Shown: positions 10,632 to 19,809 of the stretch, piece after piece
How the letters are laid out: each line of letters opens with the position of its first letter
Numbering within the stretch: the first letter of the stretch is position 1
NCBI GenBank assembly: GCA_965116885.1
Contig: OZ220741.1
Location: forward strand, 1,440,001 to 1,504,000
Direction: 5' to 3'
Length of the DNA stretch: 64,000 nt
Source: Candidatus Latescibacterota bacterium
GTDB lineage: Bacteria > Latescibacterota > UBA2968
Notes under the pieces: generated by a model
What the model saw: only the letters and a program-made list of their open reading frames with translations
The model's database searches: none
Told to the model about the DNA's origin: nothing
Translations under genes and position numbers: made by a program

Positions 10632-11987
10632 CTAACGCATCTTTAGACGCTCCATCTTTTTTATTAACCCATCGCGGGTCAACCCCAATTCTTTAGCCGC
10701 ATGCGTGATATTGCCTGCGTGTTTCTTGAGCACATCCTGGATTATATGTTTTTCAAACACTGCGACTCTCGCTTTTAAATGGCCTTTAGTCTGTGTCTCT
10801 ATCCCCAGGCTACCCCCAATAGGCTTTGGGAACAAATCAGGCGTAATTTCACGACCTTCTTCTGACAGGGCAACGGCTCGCTCCATCACATGCATCAATT
10901 CCCGCACATTGCCTGGCCAGGTATATTCGCACAATACATCCATCGCCTCGGTGGAAATCCCTTGAACCACTTTTTCAGAGGTCTCGGCAAAGTCGTTCAA
11001 AAAGTGATGGGCAAGAAGTTGAATATCTCCATGCCGATCCCTGAGAGGTGGCAGGTGAATCTCAAAGGTGTTAAGTCGATAAAATAAATCTTCTCGAAAC
11101 CTGCCTGCTTCAATCAATGCCTCGATATTCTGATTGGTCGCTGAGATGAGACGGATGTTGATCTCTATCTCCTTATTGCTTCCCAGCCTGCGAATTTTGT
11201 GATCTTCCAAAACCCGCAAGAACTTCACTTGAAGGGGCATGGGCAATTCCCCGATTTCATCGAGAAAAAATGTCCCACCCTTCGCGTGTTCGATTAACCC
11301 GACGCGGTTCTGTTTCGCATCTGTGAATGCCCCCTTTGTATGGCCAAATATCTCACTTTCAATTAGAGGCTCTGGCAAGCCCCCGCAGTTGAGCGGCACA
11401 AACGGCTTATGGCTGCGCTTGCTATTTGCATGAATACACTGGGCCACCAGTTCTTTTCCTGTTCCGCTCTCCCCTGTGATCAGGACATTGGCAGGTGTAT
11501 TACTGATTTTTCGCATCAAATCAAATACCTGAGAGATTGCCTCACTATTCCCGATGATGTTTTCGTACCGAAACCGCGTATCCAGCATTTCCTTTAAAGC
11601 TATGTTCTCCTCCCTCACATGTCGCAGTTTCAATGCCCGTTCTATTACGATTAAAAATGCATCTGGATCAAATGGTTTCCGAACAAAGTCGAACGCGCCT
11701 GCTCTGATCGCTTTCACTGCACTCTCAATGGTTCCATATCCGGTAAAGACGATTACAACAGCCTCTTGATCGCGTGCCATAATGCTTTCAAGTACAGCCA
11801 TCCCGTCCATTCCGGGCATTTTTAAATCCACTATGACCAGATCGGGGTTTTCAGTCTCGAATAACGCGAGACCCGCCTCACCCGAATCTGTCACGACAAC
11901 AGCGTACCCTGCTGTCTCCAGAAACTTCTGGCAACCGCGCAACATATCCGGTTCGTCATCTATTACGAGGATCTTATCTTTTTGCAT
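10632..11987 (-). CDS. Sigma-54-dependent response regulator (NtrC/AtoC family), copy 1
   Basis: REC domain (DDE, DLKMPG), AAA+ domain (GESGTGKE, GAFTDA, FLDEIGE), Fis-type HTH. Confidence 0.96.
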   Translation of the reverse strand: MQKDKILVIDDEPDMLRGCQKFLETAGYAVVVTDSGEAGLALFETENPDLVIVDLKMPGMDGMAVLESIMARDQEAVVIVFTGYGTIESAVKAIRAGAFDFVRKPFDPDAFLIVIERALKLRHVREENIALKEMLDTRFRYENIIGNSEAISQVFDLMRKISNTPANVLITGESGTGKELVAQCIHANSKRSHKPFVPLNCGGLPEPLIESEIFGHTKGAFTDAKQNRVGLIEHAKGGTFFLDEIGELPMPLQVKFLRVLEDHKIRRLGSNKEIEINIRLISATNQNIEALIEAGRFREDLFYRLNTFEIHLPPLRDRHGDIQLLAHHFLNDFAETSEKVVQGISTEAMDVLCEYTWPGNVRELMHVMERAVALSEEGREITPDLFPKPIGGSLGIETQTKGHLKARVAVFEKHIIQDVLKKHAGNITHAAKELGLTRDGLIKKMERLKMR

Positions 11988-11992
11988 ATCTC

Positions 11993-13144
11993 TTACTCTG
12001 TTATGGGAAGATAAATCTGGAACTCACTGCCTTTGTCCGGTTGACTCCTCACTTCAATTCGGCCTCCATGCTCTTGAATTAAACCATAACTGACCGAAAG
12101 ACCCAGGCCGGTTCCTTCCCCCACTTCTTTGGTTGTAAAAAAAGGATCAAATAGATGGCTGAGATGTTCTTCCTCAATGCCTGTGCCTGTATCTCTTATC
12201 CGGACCACCACCCAATCTCGATCTGTTTGGTCTGTCTCCAGTGTCGTTGATACGGTCAGAACACCGCCATCGGGCATCGCTTCAATCGCATTGTTAAACA
12301 GATTCAACAACACCTGCTCAATGCGTATGGGATCCAAAAACACTTTGGGCAAACTGTCTGCCAATTCGGCTTGATACACAATGTCCTGATTTTGCAGCGT
12401 ATTTTCAACCAGTCTCGAGGCAGTATGCACGGTCTGGTTGACATTGATCCAGTCAGGGCTGAAAGATCCCTGCCTGGAAAAAGCCTGTAGCCCCGATATG
12501 ATCTGCCCGATCTTATTGTTCTGGCGTTGAATGACCCTTAGTGTCTCGATCAGGTCTTCTGGCAATTTTTGACTTTCGATATTTTGCATCACATTGGCGA
12601 TATGGAGTTTGATAATGCTCACGGGGTTGTTCACCTCATGTGCAATCCCGCTAATCAATCTACCCACGGCTGCGAGTTTGGTTGATTGTACCAATTGCTC
12701 CTCCAAAAGTATGCGCTCTGTCATGTCGCGGATAATGCCAGCAAATAATCGCTTGTCTTTTAAGGGTACCTCACTGACAGCCAGATCCATTGGAAATTCA
12801 GTTCCATCTTTACGCAGGCCGTTCACTTGACGTCCTGCTCCGATAATTTTGGGCACGCCGGTTTTGAGATATCTACCGATATAGCCATCGTGTTCACTCT
12901 GGTAAGGCTCGGGCATCAGCATGTTGACCTTGTTTCCGATAACTTCCTCAGCCCGGTAGCCGAATATCTTCTCGGCAGCGGAATTGAATGTTTGTACAAT
13001 CCCCTGAGTGTCAATCGTAATAATCGCGTCAACAGTCGTTTCCAGGATCGCCTTGTAATGGCTTGCCGCCTCCTCAAGTGCTGTGAGCCTACCTGCCGTC
13101 GCACTGGCAGGGATTTGGTCTCTGTGCTCGCTTTGCGTGTTCAT
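11993..13144 (-). CDS. PAS (FixL-like) sensor histidine kinase
   Basis: PAS LMPEPYQSEHDGYIGRY...IIG.GR; H-box AHEVNNP; N-box QVLLNLFNNA; G boxes DTGTG and GTGLGLS. RBS GAGGTGG before ATG 13144. Confidence 0.93.
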   Translation of the reverse strand: MNTQSEHRDQIPASATAGRLTALEEAASHYKAILETTVDAIITIDTQGIVQTFNSAAEKIFGYRAEEVIGNKVNMLMPEPYQSEHDGYIGRYLKTGVPKIIGAGRQVNGLRKDGTEFPMDLAVSEVPLKDKRLFAGIIRDMTERILLEEQLVQSTKLAAVGRLISGIAHEVNNPVSIIKLHIANVMQNIESQKLPEDLIETLRVIQRQNNKIGQIISGLQAFSRQGSFSPDWINVNQTVHTASRLVENTLQNQDIVYQAELADSLPKVFLDPIRIEQVLLNLFNNAIEAMPDGGVLTVSTTLETDQTDRDWVVVRIRDTGTGIEEEHLSHLFDPFFTTKEVGEGTGLGLSVSYGLIQEHGGRIEVRSQPDKGSEFQIYLPITE

Positions 13145-13391
13145 CGTACCACCTCGAGATTCTGGTCTCATCAGGACGGCTATATTTTGTCTTGAATTGT
13201 GGGGCATTACATGATATGCTTATTTTGCGGAAGAAAAAATAAAAATAAAAGGCATACTTCACCCGTCAAAGCAAAGTATGCCTCCGACCATATCACCAAC
13301 CCATAAGCGAGTTGGCTTGATAAATAATTTCTATTCTTCGATGCTCGTTGTCGAAATTTTTTTTATACAATTCACACAGTTGAGGGACGCG

Positions 13392-13526
13392 ATGGTGAAT
13401 GAGGTCGTGACCATCAGGGTCTCCACACACCTTAAACAACATTGCGGCACACTTGTAATGATGATGACCAGGCATTTTAATAAAAAAAGAGCGGGTCCTT
13501 TTTGGCTCGCTCTTTTCAATACTTAA
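13392..13526 (+). pseudogene. 5' remnant of the HTH-pentapeptide-repeat gene
   Basis: MVNEVVTIRVSTHLKQ matches the N-terminus of 31636..32682 (MVNEVVATRISKHLKQ), then homology stops abruptly. Confidence 0.7.
13482..13516 (-). terminator. Intrinsic terminator at the end of the RiPP/sugar cluster
   Basis: AAAAGAGCG...CGCTCTTTT hairpin with a minus-strand T-tract, downstream of the dehydrogenase gene. Confidence 0.65.
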
Positions 13527-13596
13527 CGCAGAACTAAAGATGCTTGAGATGTTATCAGTGAGGTCCTAACAGGAAGGCCCACAGAGATCTCCAATG

Positions 13597-14943
13597 CTAT
13601 AATTTAAAGACGTGATCTTTCTTTCCCGATACAACCTGCGTGGCATTGCGCGTATCGACAATATAGCGCGCGTGCTTTACTATCCATTCATAATCCCAAT
13701 CGCTGTGATGGGTCACAATCACCACACAATGGGCTTCTGTTATATTTTTTTTATTCAAAGAGGTACTCTTCAAGTCCAAACTTTCTGTCTGCAAGTGATC
13801 TACAAACGGATCGCAATACGAGACTTTCGCCCCTTTCTCCTGAAGCATTTCTATAATATCCAATGCCGGCGACTCGCGAATATCGCGTACATCGGGTTTG
13901 TACGTCACGCCCAATATCAGGATGTTCGCGCTCTTCAAACACCGCTCGTATTCGTTGAGTGCGTCGGTGATTTTTTCGACCACATAGCCCGGCATGCTGC
14001 GCGTCACTTCGCTGGCCAATTCGATAAAGCGCGCATTGTAATTTAAGGTCTTGAGCTTCCAGGCCAGAAAGTGAGGATCAACTGGAATACAATGCCCGCC
14101 CAACCCAGGACCGGGATAAAACGGCATAAACCCAAACGGCTTGGTCGCTGCGGCATCGATTACTTCCCAAACATCCACCCTTAGCCGGTCACACATCAGG
14201 GCCACTTCATTGACGAGGCCGATATTTACACTGCGAAAAGTATTTTCGAGCAACTTGGTCATTTCAGCAGCCTGGGTCGATGAGACCGGTACGACTTCGC
14301 CGATCAATTGTCGGTAAAAATGCGTGCCTATTTCTGTGCAAGACGGGGTAATACCCCCCACGACTTTGGGCGTATTGGTGATGGTATAAACTTTATTGCC
14401 CGGATCGACGCGCTCTGGAGAAAATACCAGAAAAAAATCTCGACCAACTTTCAAGCCACTTTCTTCGAGCAGGGGCAATACCAGTTCATGGGTCGTACCT
14501 GGATACGTCGTGCTCTCCAAAATCACCAGTTGTCCGCAGCGCAGTCGGTCTTTGATTGCATCACATGCTTGTACAATAAATGAGACATCCGGATCGCGTG
14601 CTTTATTCAAGGGTGTGGGCACACATACCACGACCACATCGGCTTCATTGAGCACATTGAATTCTTGTGTTGCTGTCAGTTTTCCCACAGCTTTAAGACT
14701 TGTCACCTCAAATTCCGATACACCCTGCACATCGGACTTTCCCGATTCTACTATCTTTACTTTGCGGGCGGATGTATCGATTCCCGTGGTGGAAAATCCC
14801 GCCTTACCTAATGCCACAGATAAAGGCAATCCCACATACCCCAATCCCATCACTGCCACCTGTGCCTCGTGTGACGCGATCTTCTCCTCCAGAATCTGTC
14901 TGGAATCGACGCTTCCCCAGGGTAATCTTTCTGTCAGGGCCAT
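13597..14943 (-). CDS. UDP-N-acetylhexosamine 6-dehydrogenase (WecC/WbpA family)
   Basis: GLGYVG Rossmann motif, CVPTP, ESTTYPG, SPER, KLLENTFR, catalytic GGHCIPVDP. Confidence 0.93.
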   Translation of the reverse strand: MALTERLPWGSVDSRQILEEKIASHEAQVAVMGLGYVGLPLSVALGKAGFSTTGIDTSARKVKIVESGKSDVQGVSEFEVTSLKAVGKLTATQEFNVLNEADVVVVCVPTPLNKARDPDVSFIVQACDAIKDRLRCGQLVILESTTYPGTTHELVLPLLEESGLKVGRDFFLVFSPERVDPGNKVYTITNTPKVVGGITPSCTEIGTHFYRQLIGEVVPVSSTQAAEMTKLLENTFRSVNIGLVNEVALMCDRLRVDVWEVIDAAATKPFGFMPFYPGPGLGGHCIPVDPHFLAWKLKTLNYNARFIELASEVTRSMPGYVVEKITDALNEYERCLKSANILILGVTYKPDVRDIRESPALDIIEMLQEKGAKVSYCDPFVDHLQTESLDLKSTSLNKKNITEAHCVVIVTHHSDWDYEWIVKHARYIVDTRNATQVVSGKKDHVFKL

Positions 14944-14988
14944 TGTGTCATCCTCTCAGAATAAATCTATTTGATTTTCAGGACAGGA

Positions 14989-16095
14989 TTAACTTTTTAA
15001 TTCAGCAACGATTCGCTCTGCGGCATTGCCATCCCACAACTCAGGTAAGCGACCAGATTTATAGTGCCCATTCAAAACAGATTCAGCCTTTGCGACAATG
15101 CGTTCGGGACAAACGCCCACCAGTGTGTTCGTCCCAATATCTATAGTCTCTGGTCGTTCTGTATTCTCTCTAAGCGTCAAACACGACACACCCAAAGCCG
15201 TCGTCTCTTCTTGCAATCCCCCTGAATCTGTCATCACAAATTTTGCATTCTTCTGAAGTTTCAAAGAATCGAGATAGCCCACCGGATCCATAAGTTTGAT
15301 ATGGTCCATCATCTCAAGCTTTTGCAAAAAACCGAATCCGGACAGGCGATTGCGGGTTCTCGGATGCAAAGGCCACGCGATGGGACATTTGAGGGCTTGC
15401 AACGCGGATGCAATACCAGCCAACGTATCTGAACAATCGACATTTGAGGCGCGATGGAGGGTTAGAAAAACGTATTCTCGAATCGATAAACCGTGTATGT
15501 CCAGAATGCGGGATTCATCGGCTTTGGGGGATAGCAACATCAGAGAATCTATCATCACATTGCCCACAAAATGAATGCGGCTCTCTTCTATGCCTTCGCG
15601 CCTCAGATTTTCACATGCCTGCATTGAAGGTGCAAACAGAAGATCGGATATAGCATCCACCACAATTCGATTGATCTCTTCGGGCATTGACCGATCCCAA
15701 CTTCGCAACCCCGCCTCTATGTGTCCAACGGGAATTTGCAATTTCGCGGCATCCATCGCACAGGCTAAAGTGGAATTTACGTCACCGACGACAAGCACCC
15801 AATCTGGTTTTTCCGACAATAAAACCTCCTCAAAGCCCATCATGATCTGCGCTGTCTGGTGCGCGTGACTGCCCGACCCCACATTCAATTCATAATGCGG
15901 TCTGGGTAGATTTAAGTCTCGAAAGAAAATATCGGACATCAGATCATCGTAGTGTTGTCCCGTATGGACCAGAATCGGCTCAAACCAATCGGGTGTCTCG
16001 GTCAGTTGATTCCACAGCGGGGCAACTTTCATAAAATTGGGTCGCGCACCTGCAACAAGGATAATTTTCACCTGTGTTCTCCTCAATGGTGTCAT
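14989..16095 (-). CDS. wecB: UDP-N-acetylglucosamine 2-epimerase (non-hydrolysing)
   Basis: GARPNFMK, HTGQHYD, HIEAGLRS, PEEINR, TDSGGLQEE, TERPET. Confidence 0.95.
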   Translation of the reverse strand: MTPLRRTQVKIILVAGARPNFMKVAPLWNQLTETPDWFEPILVHTGQHYDDLMSDIFFRDLNLPRPHYELNVGSGSHAHQTAQIMMGFEEVLLSEKPDWVLVVGDVNSTLACAMDAAKLQIPVGHIEAGLRSWDRSMPEEINRIVVDAISDLLFAPSMQACENLRREGIEESRIHFVGNVMIDSLMLLSPKADESRILDIHGLSIREYVFLTLHRASNVDCSDTLAGIASALQALKCPIAWPLHPRTRNRLSGFGFLQKLEMMDHIKLMDPVGYLDSLKLQKNAKFVMTDSGGLQEETTALGVSCLTLRENTERPETIDIGTNTLVGVCPERIVAKAESVLNGHYKSGRLPELWDGNAAERIVAELKS

Positions 16096-17282
16096 TTATT
16101 TAACACACGATTATAGATGTCAAGCCACTGTGCTGTTTCTTGAGTTGGAGAAAATTGGTTTTCCACTTTATGTTTTGCGGTCTTCCCAAGCCTTTTTCTC
16201 AGTTCTGTATCCTCAAGTAATAGTTGCAATTTTTGGGATAACATATTGGCGTCACCAGAGGCAACAAGAAGGCAATCCCTATTATCTTCAACTATATCAA
16301 GAATACCACCAACTTGAGAGGCCACAATGGGCAGTTCGCAGGCCATCGCCTCCAAGAGTGCATTTGGTGAACCTTCATGAAGCGAAGGGAAGGCAAAAAT
16401 ATCCATCTCCCTCATCCACGCCATCACTTCTCGATGTGGAATATAACCCGTAAATACAATGTGCCTTTTTATCCCCAGATCACTGATCTGCTGCAACATA
16501 TCTCTTTTATAGGATTCTTGTGCAAACTGACCTACAACGAGCAAATAAGAATCGGGATAAACTTTAACAATCTCTCCAAATGCCTGTAAGAGAATGTGAA
16601 ACCCCTTTATAGGCCGCAAAAATCCAGCAGTTCCAATGACTGTGCCACCTTGTGATTTCATCCGTAAAAAGGTTTCAGTAAGTACTTGCAGTCTATTATT
16701 ATGCTCTCCTGTTATTTCTGGCAGTGCGCGTACATCAAATATTGACACATCAAAAACATTGGGGATGACCTTTCCTGCTTTGATGCTTACCGTTCGACGC
16801 ATTTTTTGCATGAGTTCAGATGATACTGACGTTACATAATCGGCCCGTTCTAATACCCACCTTAGATTTGCTAAGTGTTGGATGCTATAGCGCAAGACTT
16901 CCCAATCGCTACCTCGAACACTGGCGATGAAAGGTCGCTCAATTTCAGCAGCCACGACTGCACCTAAAAAGCCAGGAGGCATAAGAAAAGCTGCATGAAC
17001 CAGGTCAAAACGCTGTTTCTGATGGAGTTTTACAATGTAGTTACCAAGCACCTGTAAACCATGCGGATCAGCATGATAATCTGATAATATTGAAAAAGTC
17101 CGATGTACTGTCACCCCATCTTCTACGACAGGTGAAATTTTATCTCTTAATTGATGGGGACCCGGCGCAATAATATGGATATTGACATCCCTTTTTGCCA
17201 GATTCTGGGCAATCCGATAAATTGCACTTCCCACTCCTCCTGGGTATGGTGGATATTGGTAGGTAACCAAGCAGATGTTCAT
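16092..17282 (-). CDS. Glycosyltransferase family 4
   Basis: YPPYPGG N-terminus, KG(F), and EGSPNALLEAMA (EX7E) signature. Confidence 0.92.
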   Translation of the reverse strand: MNICLVTYQYPPYPGGVGSAIYRIAQNLAKRDVNIHIIAPGPHQLRDKISPVVEDGVTVHRTFSILSDYHADPHGLQVLGNYIVKLHQKQRFDLVHAAFLMPPGFLGAVVAAEIERPFIASVRGSDWEVLRYSIQHLANLRWVLERADYVTSVSSELMQKMRRTVSIKAGKVIPNVFDVSIFDVRALPEITGEHNNRLQVLTETFLRMKSQGGTVIGTAGFLRPIKGFHILLQAFGEIVKVYPDSYLLVVGQFAQESYKRDMLQQISDLGIKRHIVFTGYIPHREVMAWMREMDIFAFPSLHEGSPNALLEAMACELPIVASQVGGILDIVEDNRDCLLVASGDANMLSQKLQLLLEDTELRKRLGKTAKHKVENQFSPTQETAQWLDIYNRVLNK

Positions 17283-17292
17283 GCTTACCTCC

Positions 17293-18600
17293 TCAGTGTA
17301 TGCCTGGTGTTCTTGGCTTTCGTATCACCAGCAGGCCCCATCGCACTATTGTCTTAGTTGATCTCATCAGCCTTTTCATCATTCGATATATAGCAAAACT
17401 TAACATCAAGATGAGTAGAGAAGGAAAAAAGAACCTTGACAGGGCACTCCCAATATTTTTCCAATCTCCAGCGGCAAAGCCGCTTATTATCTCGCTAAAA
17501 GTCTTATATACAAGACCGGGATAGTTTGAAATCAAATCGGGAAAGAGAAAAAAAATCTTGTAAAAGAACAAGACGAAGAAGCTGGCACTGACAATTCCAT
17601 ACACGCAGAGAAACGATTTTATCTTCCCACTGATGCGTAAAAAAATAGGTTCAGCAATCTCTCTCTCTCTTAAAATGAAACGCTTGACAAAGTATTTCAG
17701 AATTTCTAAAGATCTTTTTCTGAGATTTGGCACGCCTGCTATATCTGAAAAAAGCCAATACCCATCAAATCGGAAAATTGGATTCAAGTTAAACAGTGCT
17801 GACCCGTAGTTAAAAAGAATCAAAAATAAAAACACGCTACTTGCTGTCGTCAGATACAGTATGAAGAGTATAGGAATAAAAATAAGCTGAAAATATATAC
17901 CTCCGAAATCCACCATCGCACGTTGCATTCTCGGTAGCCTCCAGGCATCCGTTACATTAGAATAAAGAACGGGAAAGCGCAGATACAATCCTATCCCAAT
18001 CTCTCCGGGTGACGCGCCATAATAAGCACAAGCTGAAGCATGACCTAACTCGTGGAAAATCCCTAAAACACCAAAAATTATCAGCGTTAGAATCGTATCT
18101 TGAAACGAAATATCATAAATAGTAAAGTCTATGACTTGGAGTTGAAAAAAATAGAAATACCCAAAAAAGACAAAAGAGAAAAAAATAAAAGAGATCAAAA
18201 TTTTTGGATAAAAAAGAGTCTTGAGAATATTACTAACGGCATGAACCGCATTCGCCCGCATAAAAGGGTATTGAAAATAAAAATACGAATTGCTTGTTTG
18301 AGCATCTACATCTGAGGTTGTATTTTCAAGGATTCCGTAGGGTTTTAGAAATGAATGGATAATTGCAGCAATGTCTTTGGCAGAGTATGTCTTATTCCTG
18401 ATAGAAGAGTATGCGCTTGCAATTTCAGACAGCGTTTTTTTGCCGTCTATCAACTCGATGATTTGATAGACACCCTCGCTTATTTCAAACCGTTTCGTGC
18501 CTATGCACAAAACATAACTTTCCTCTACTAAAGCGGTATCGAATTTATACATAGAGATTTTCGGAACCAACTTAATCGGATCTGGTAGGGATTCTTGCAT
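17293..18600 (-). CDS. M50-type membrane zinc metalloprotease with N-terminal PqqD/RRE-like domain
   Basis: HELGH and NLNPIFRFDGY motifs within TM segments; N-terminal IIELIDGKKTLSEIA resembles the RRE/PqqD winged helix. Confidence 0.85.
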   Translation of the reverse strand: MQESLPDPIKLVPKISMYKFDTALVEESYVLCIGTKRFEISEGVYQIIELIDGKKTLSEIASAYSSIRNKTYSAKDIAAIIHSFLKPYGILENTTSDVDAQTSNSYFYFQYPFMRANAVHAVSNILKTLFYPKILISFIFFSFVFFGYFYFFQLQVIDFTIYDISFQDTILTLIIFGVLGIFHELGHASACAYYGASPGEIGIGLYLRFPVLYSNVTDAWRLPRMQRAMVDFGGIYFQLIFIPILFILYLTTASSVFLFLILFNYGSALFNLNPIFRFDGYWLFSDIAGVPNLRKRSLEILKYFVKRFILREREIAEPIFLRISGKIKSFLCVYGIVSASFFVLFFYKIFFLFPDLISNYPGLVYKTFSEIISGFAAGDWKNIGSALSRFFFPSLLILMLSFAIYRMMKRLMRSTKTIVRWGLLVIRKPRTPGIH

Positions 18601-18750
18601 GGTGTATTCCTGTCTTGACTCTAAGAGACTATTTTAAAAATCCTTCCGGGAGCGCAGGCGTCACGCTGTTTTCACCCATCGCCTATTTGGTCCCAAATGG
18701 ACATGAGAATGCTTTGTCTATGCAAGTCTCTGAGGGTTTTAAAATAGCTT

Positions 18751-19752
18751 CTAAGGGTTTTCGGTTTCCATTACAAGTTTACTCACTCGATCAATTTCTT
18801 GCTCCTTATGTTTTTGCAGATTGCGGAGCAAAACGGACATTTCAGATATGCTATGGTCAATCGCAATCTCCCAGTCCGTGCAGGGTACCTGATGAACATA
18901 AGACAATGCCTGTCTATAGCAATCTATTGCATGATCGAGAATTTCTTCTGCCAGCCCTGTAAAGTAAATCATACGCGCAAGTTCTTCCAGGGTAACGGAT
19001 TCTAATTTTTCGTGAAGCTCCTTTCTGTCAATGATTTGAGACAAAAGGTACGAATATCTGCCAGCGATAAAGTCATCTCTCCAATTTTTAAGATCATTAT
19101 GAAATTGTAAGCCCGTAAAAAAGGCATCTAAGGATTTTTCAAGAAGACGGATCAATTCCGGTGAGTCAGACAAACAGGCTAAAGCAGTTGTCACCATCTG
19201 GATTGTGGCGGCTTTACCAGAGGCAATATCAAACGCCTCATCCAATGAATAAAATGTGGGATTATTCCATTTTGTTCTTTCTTGTAGTGTTGCAGCAATG
19301 GCGCGACGCTGATACTTTTTGGCAAAGGCCCAAAAATCCGAACCTGGGGGGAATAAGTCATTGAGAAGACCAAACGCATGATCTCTCAAAAGAGAAGCAA
19401 AAAAATAGGCATCTACTTTGAGAGTCTCCCGCTCATCAAAAACATCATCCATATACGATGTGTAGATGTATAATGACCGATTGACAAAATACAATTTCTG
19501 CTGTGTGTCTTCGTCCAGGACAAATACCTCCGAGAACTGCGATGTAAAGGAAGTATGTACATCAGTGGATAGAAATACGGGATATTGTTTTAGGGCAGCC
19601 TCCAGATCATATTCTTCACATATCTGAGACATAAATTGATAAAATTCGACTTCGGATTTTTTGATTGAGATATCATCTTGAAGACCAAAGTTCAGTGAAG
19701 CAATTTCATCCTCAATAGAGGCAAAGGGGTCTGATGGCAAATGTGTATTCAT
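18751..19752 (-). CDS. Class I isoprenoid-synthase-fold protein (ComQ-like putative peptide prenyltransferase)
   Basis: DDVFD (DDxxD), SGKAA, and a second degenerate motif LQFHNDLKNWRDD; helical character. Confidence 0.7.
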   Translation of the reverse strand: MNTHLPSDPFASIEDEIASLNFGLQDDISIKKSEVEFYQFMSQICEEYDLEAALKQYPVFLSTDVHTSFTSQFSEVFVLDEDTQQKLYFVNRSLYIYTSYMDDVFDERETLKVDAYFFASLLRDHAFGLLNDLFPPGSDFWAFAKKYQRRAIAATLQERTKWNNPTFYSLDEAFDIASGKAATIQMVTTALACLSDSPELIRLLEKSLDAFFTGLQFHNDLKNWRDDFIAGRYSYLLSQIIDRKELHEKLESVTLEELARMIYFTGLAEEILDHAIDCYRQALSYVHQVPCTDWEIAIDHSISEMSVLLRNLQKHKEQEIDRVSKLVMETENP

Positions 19753-19809
19753 GTCAAGGTCCTTTTTGAAAACTTTAAAAAGAGATAGGTTTCTGAATCA
19801 ATTCATAAA

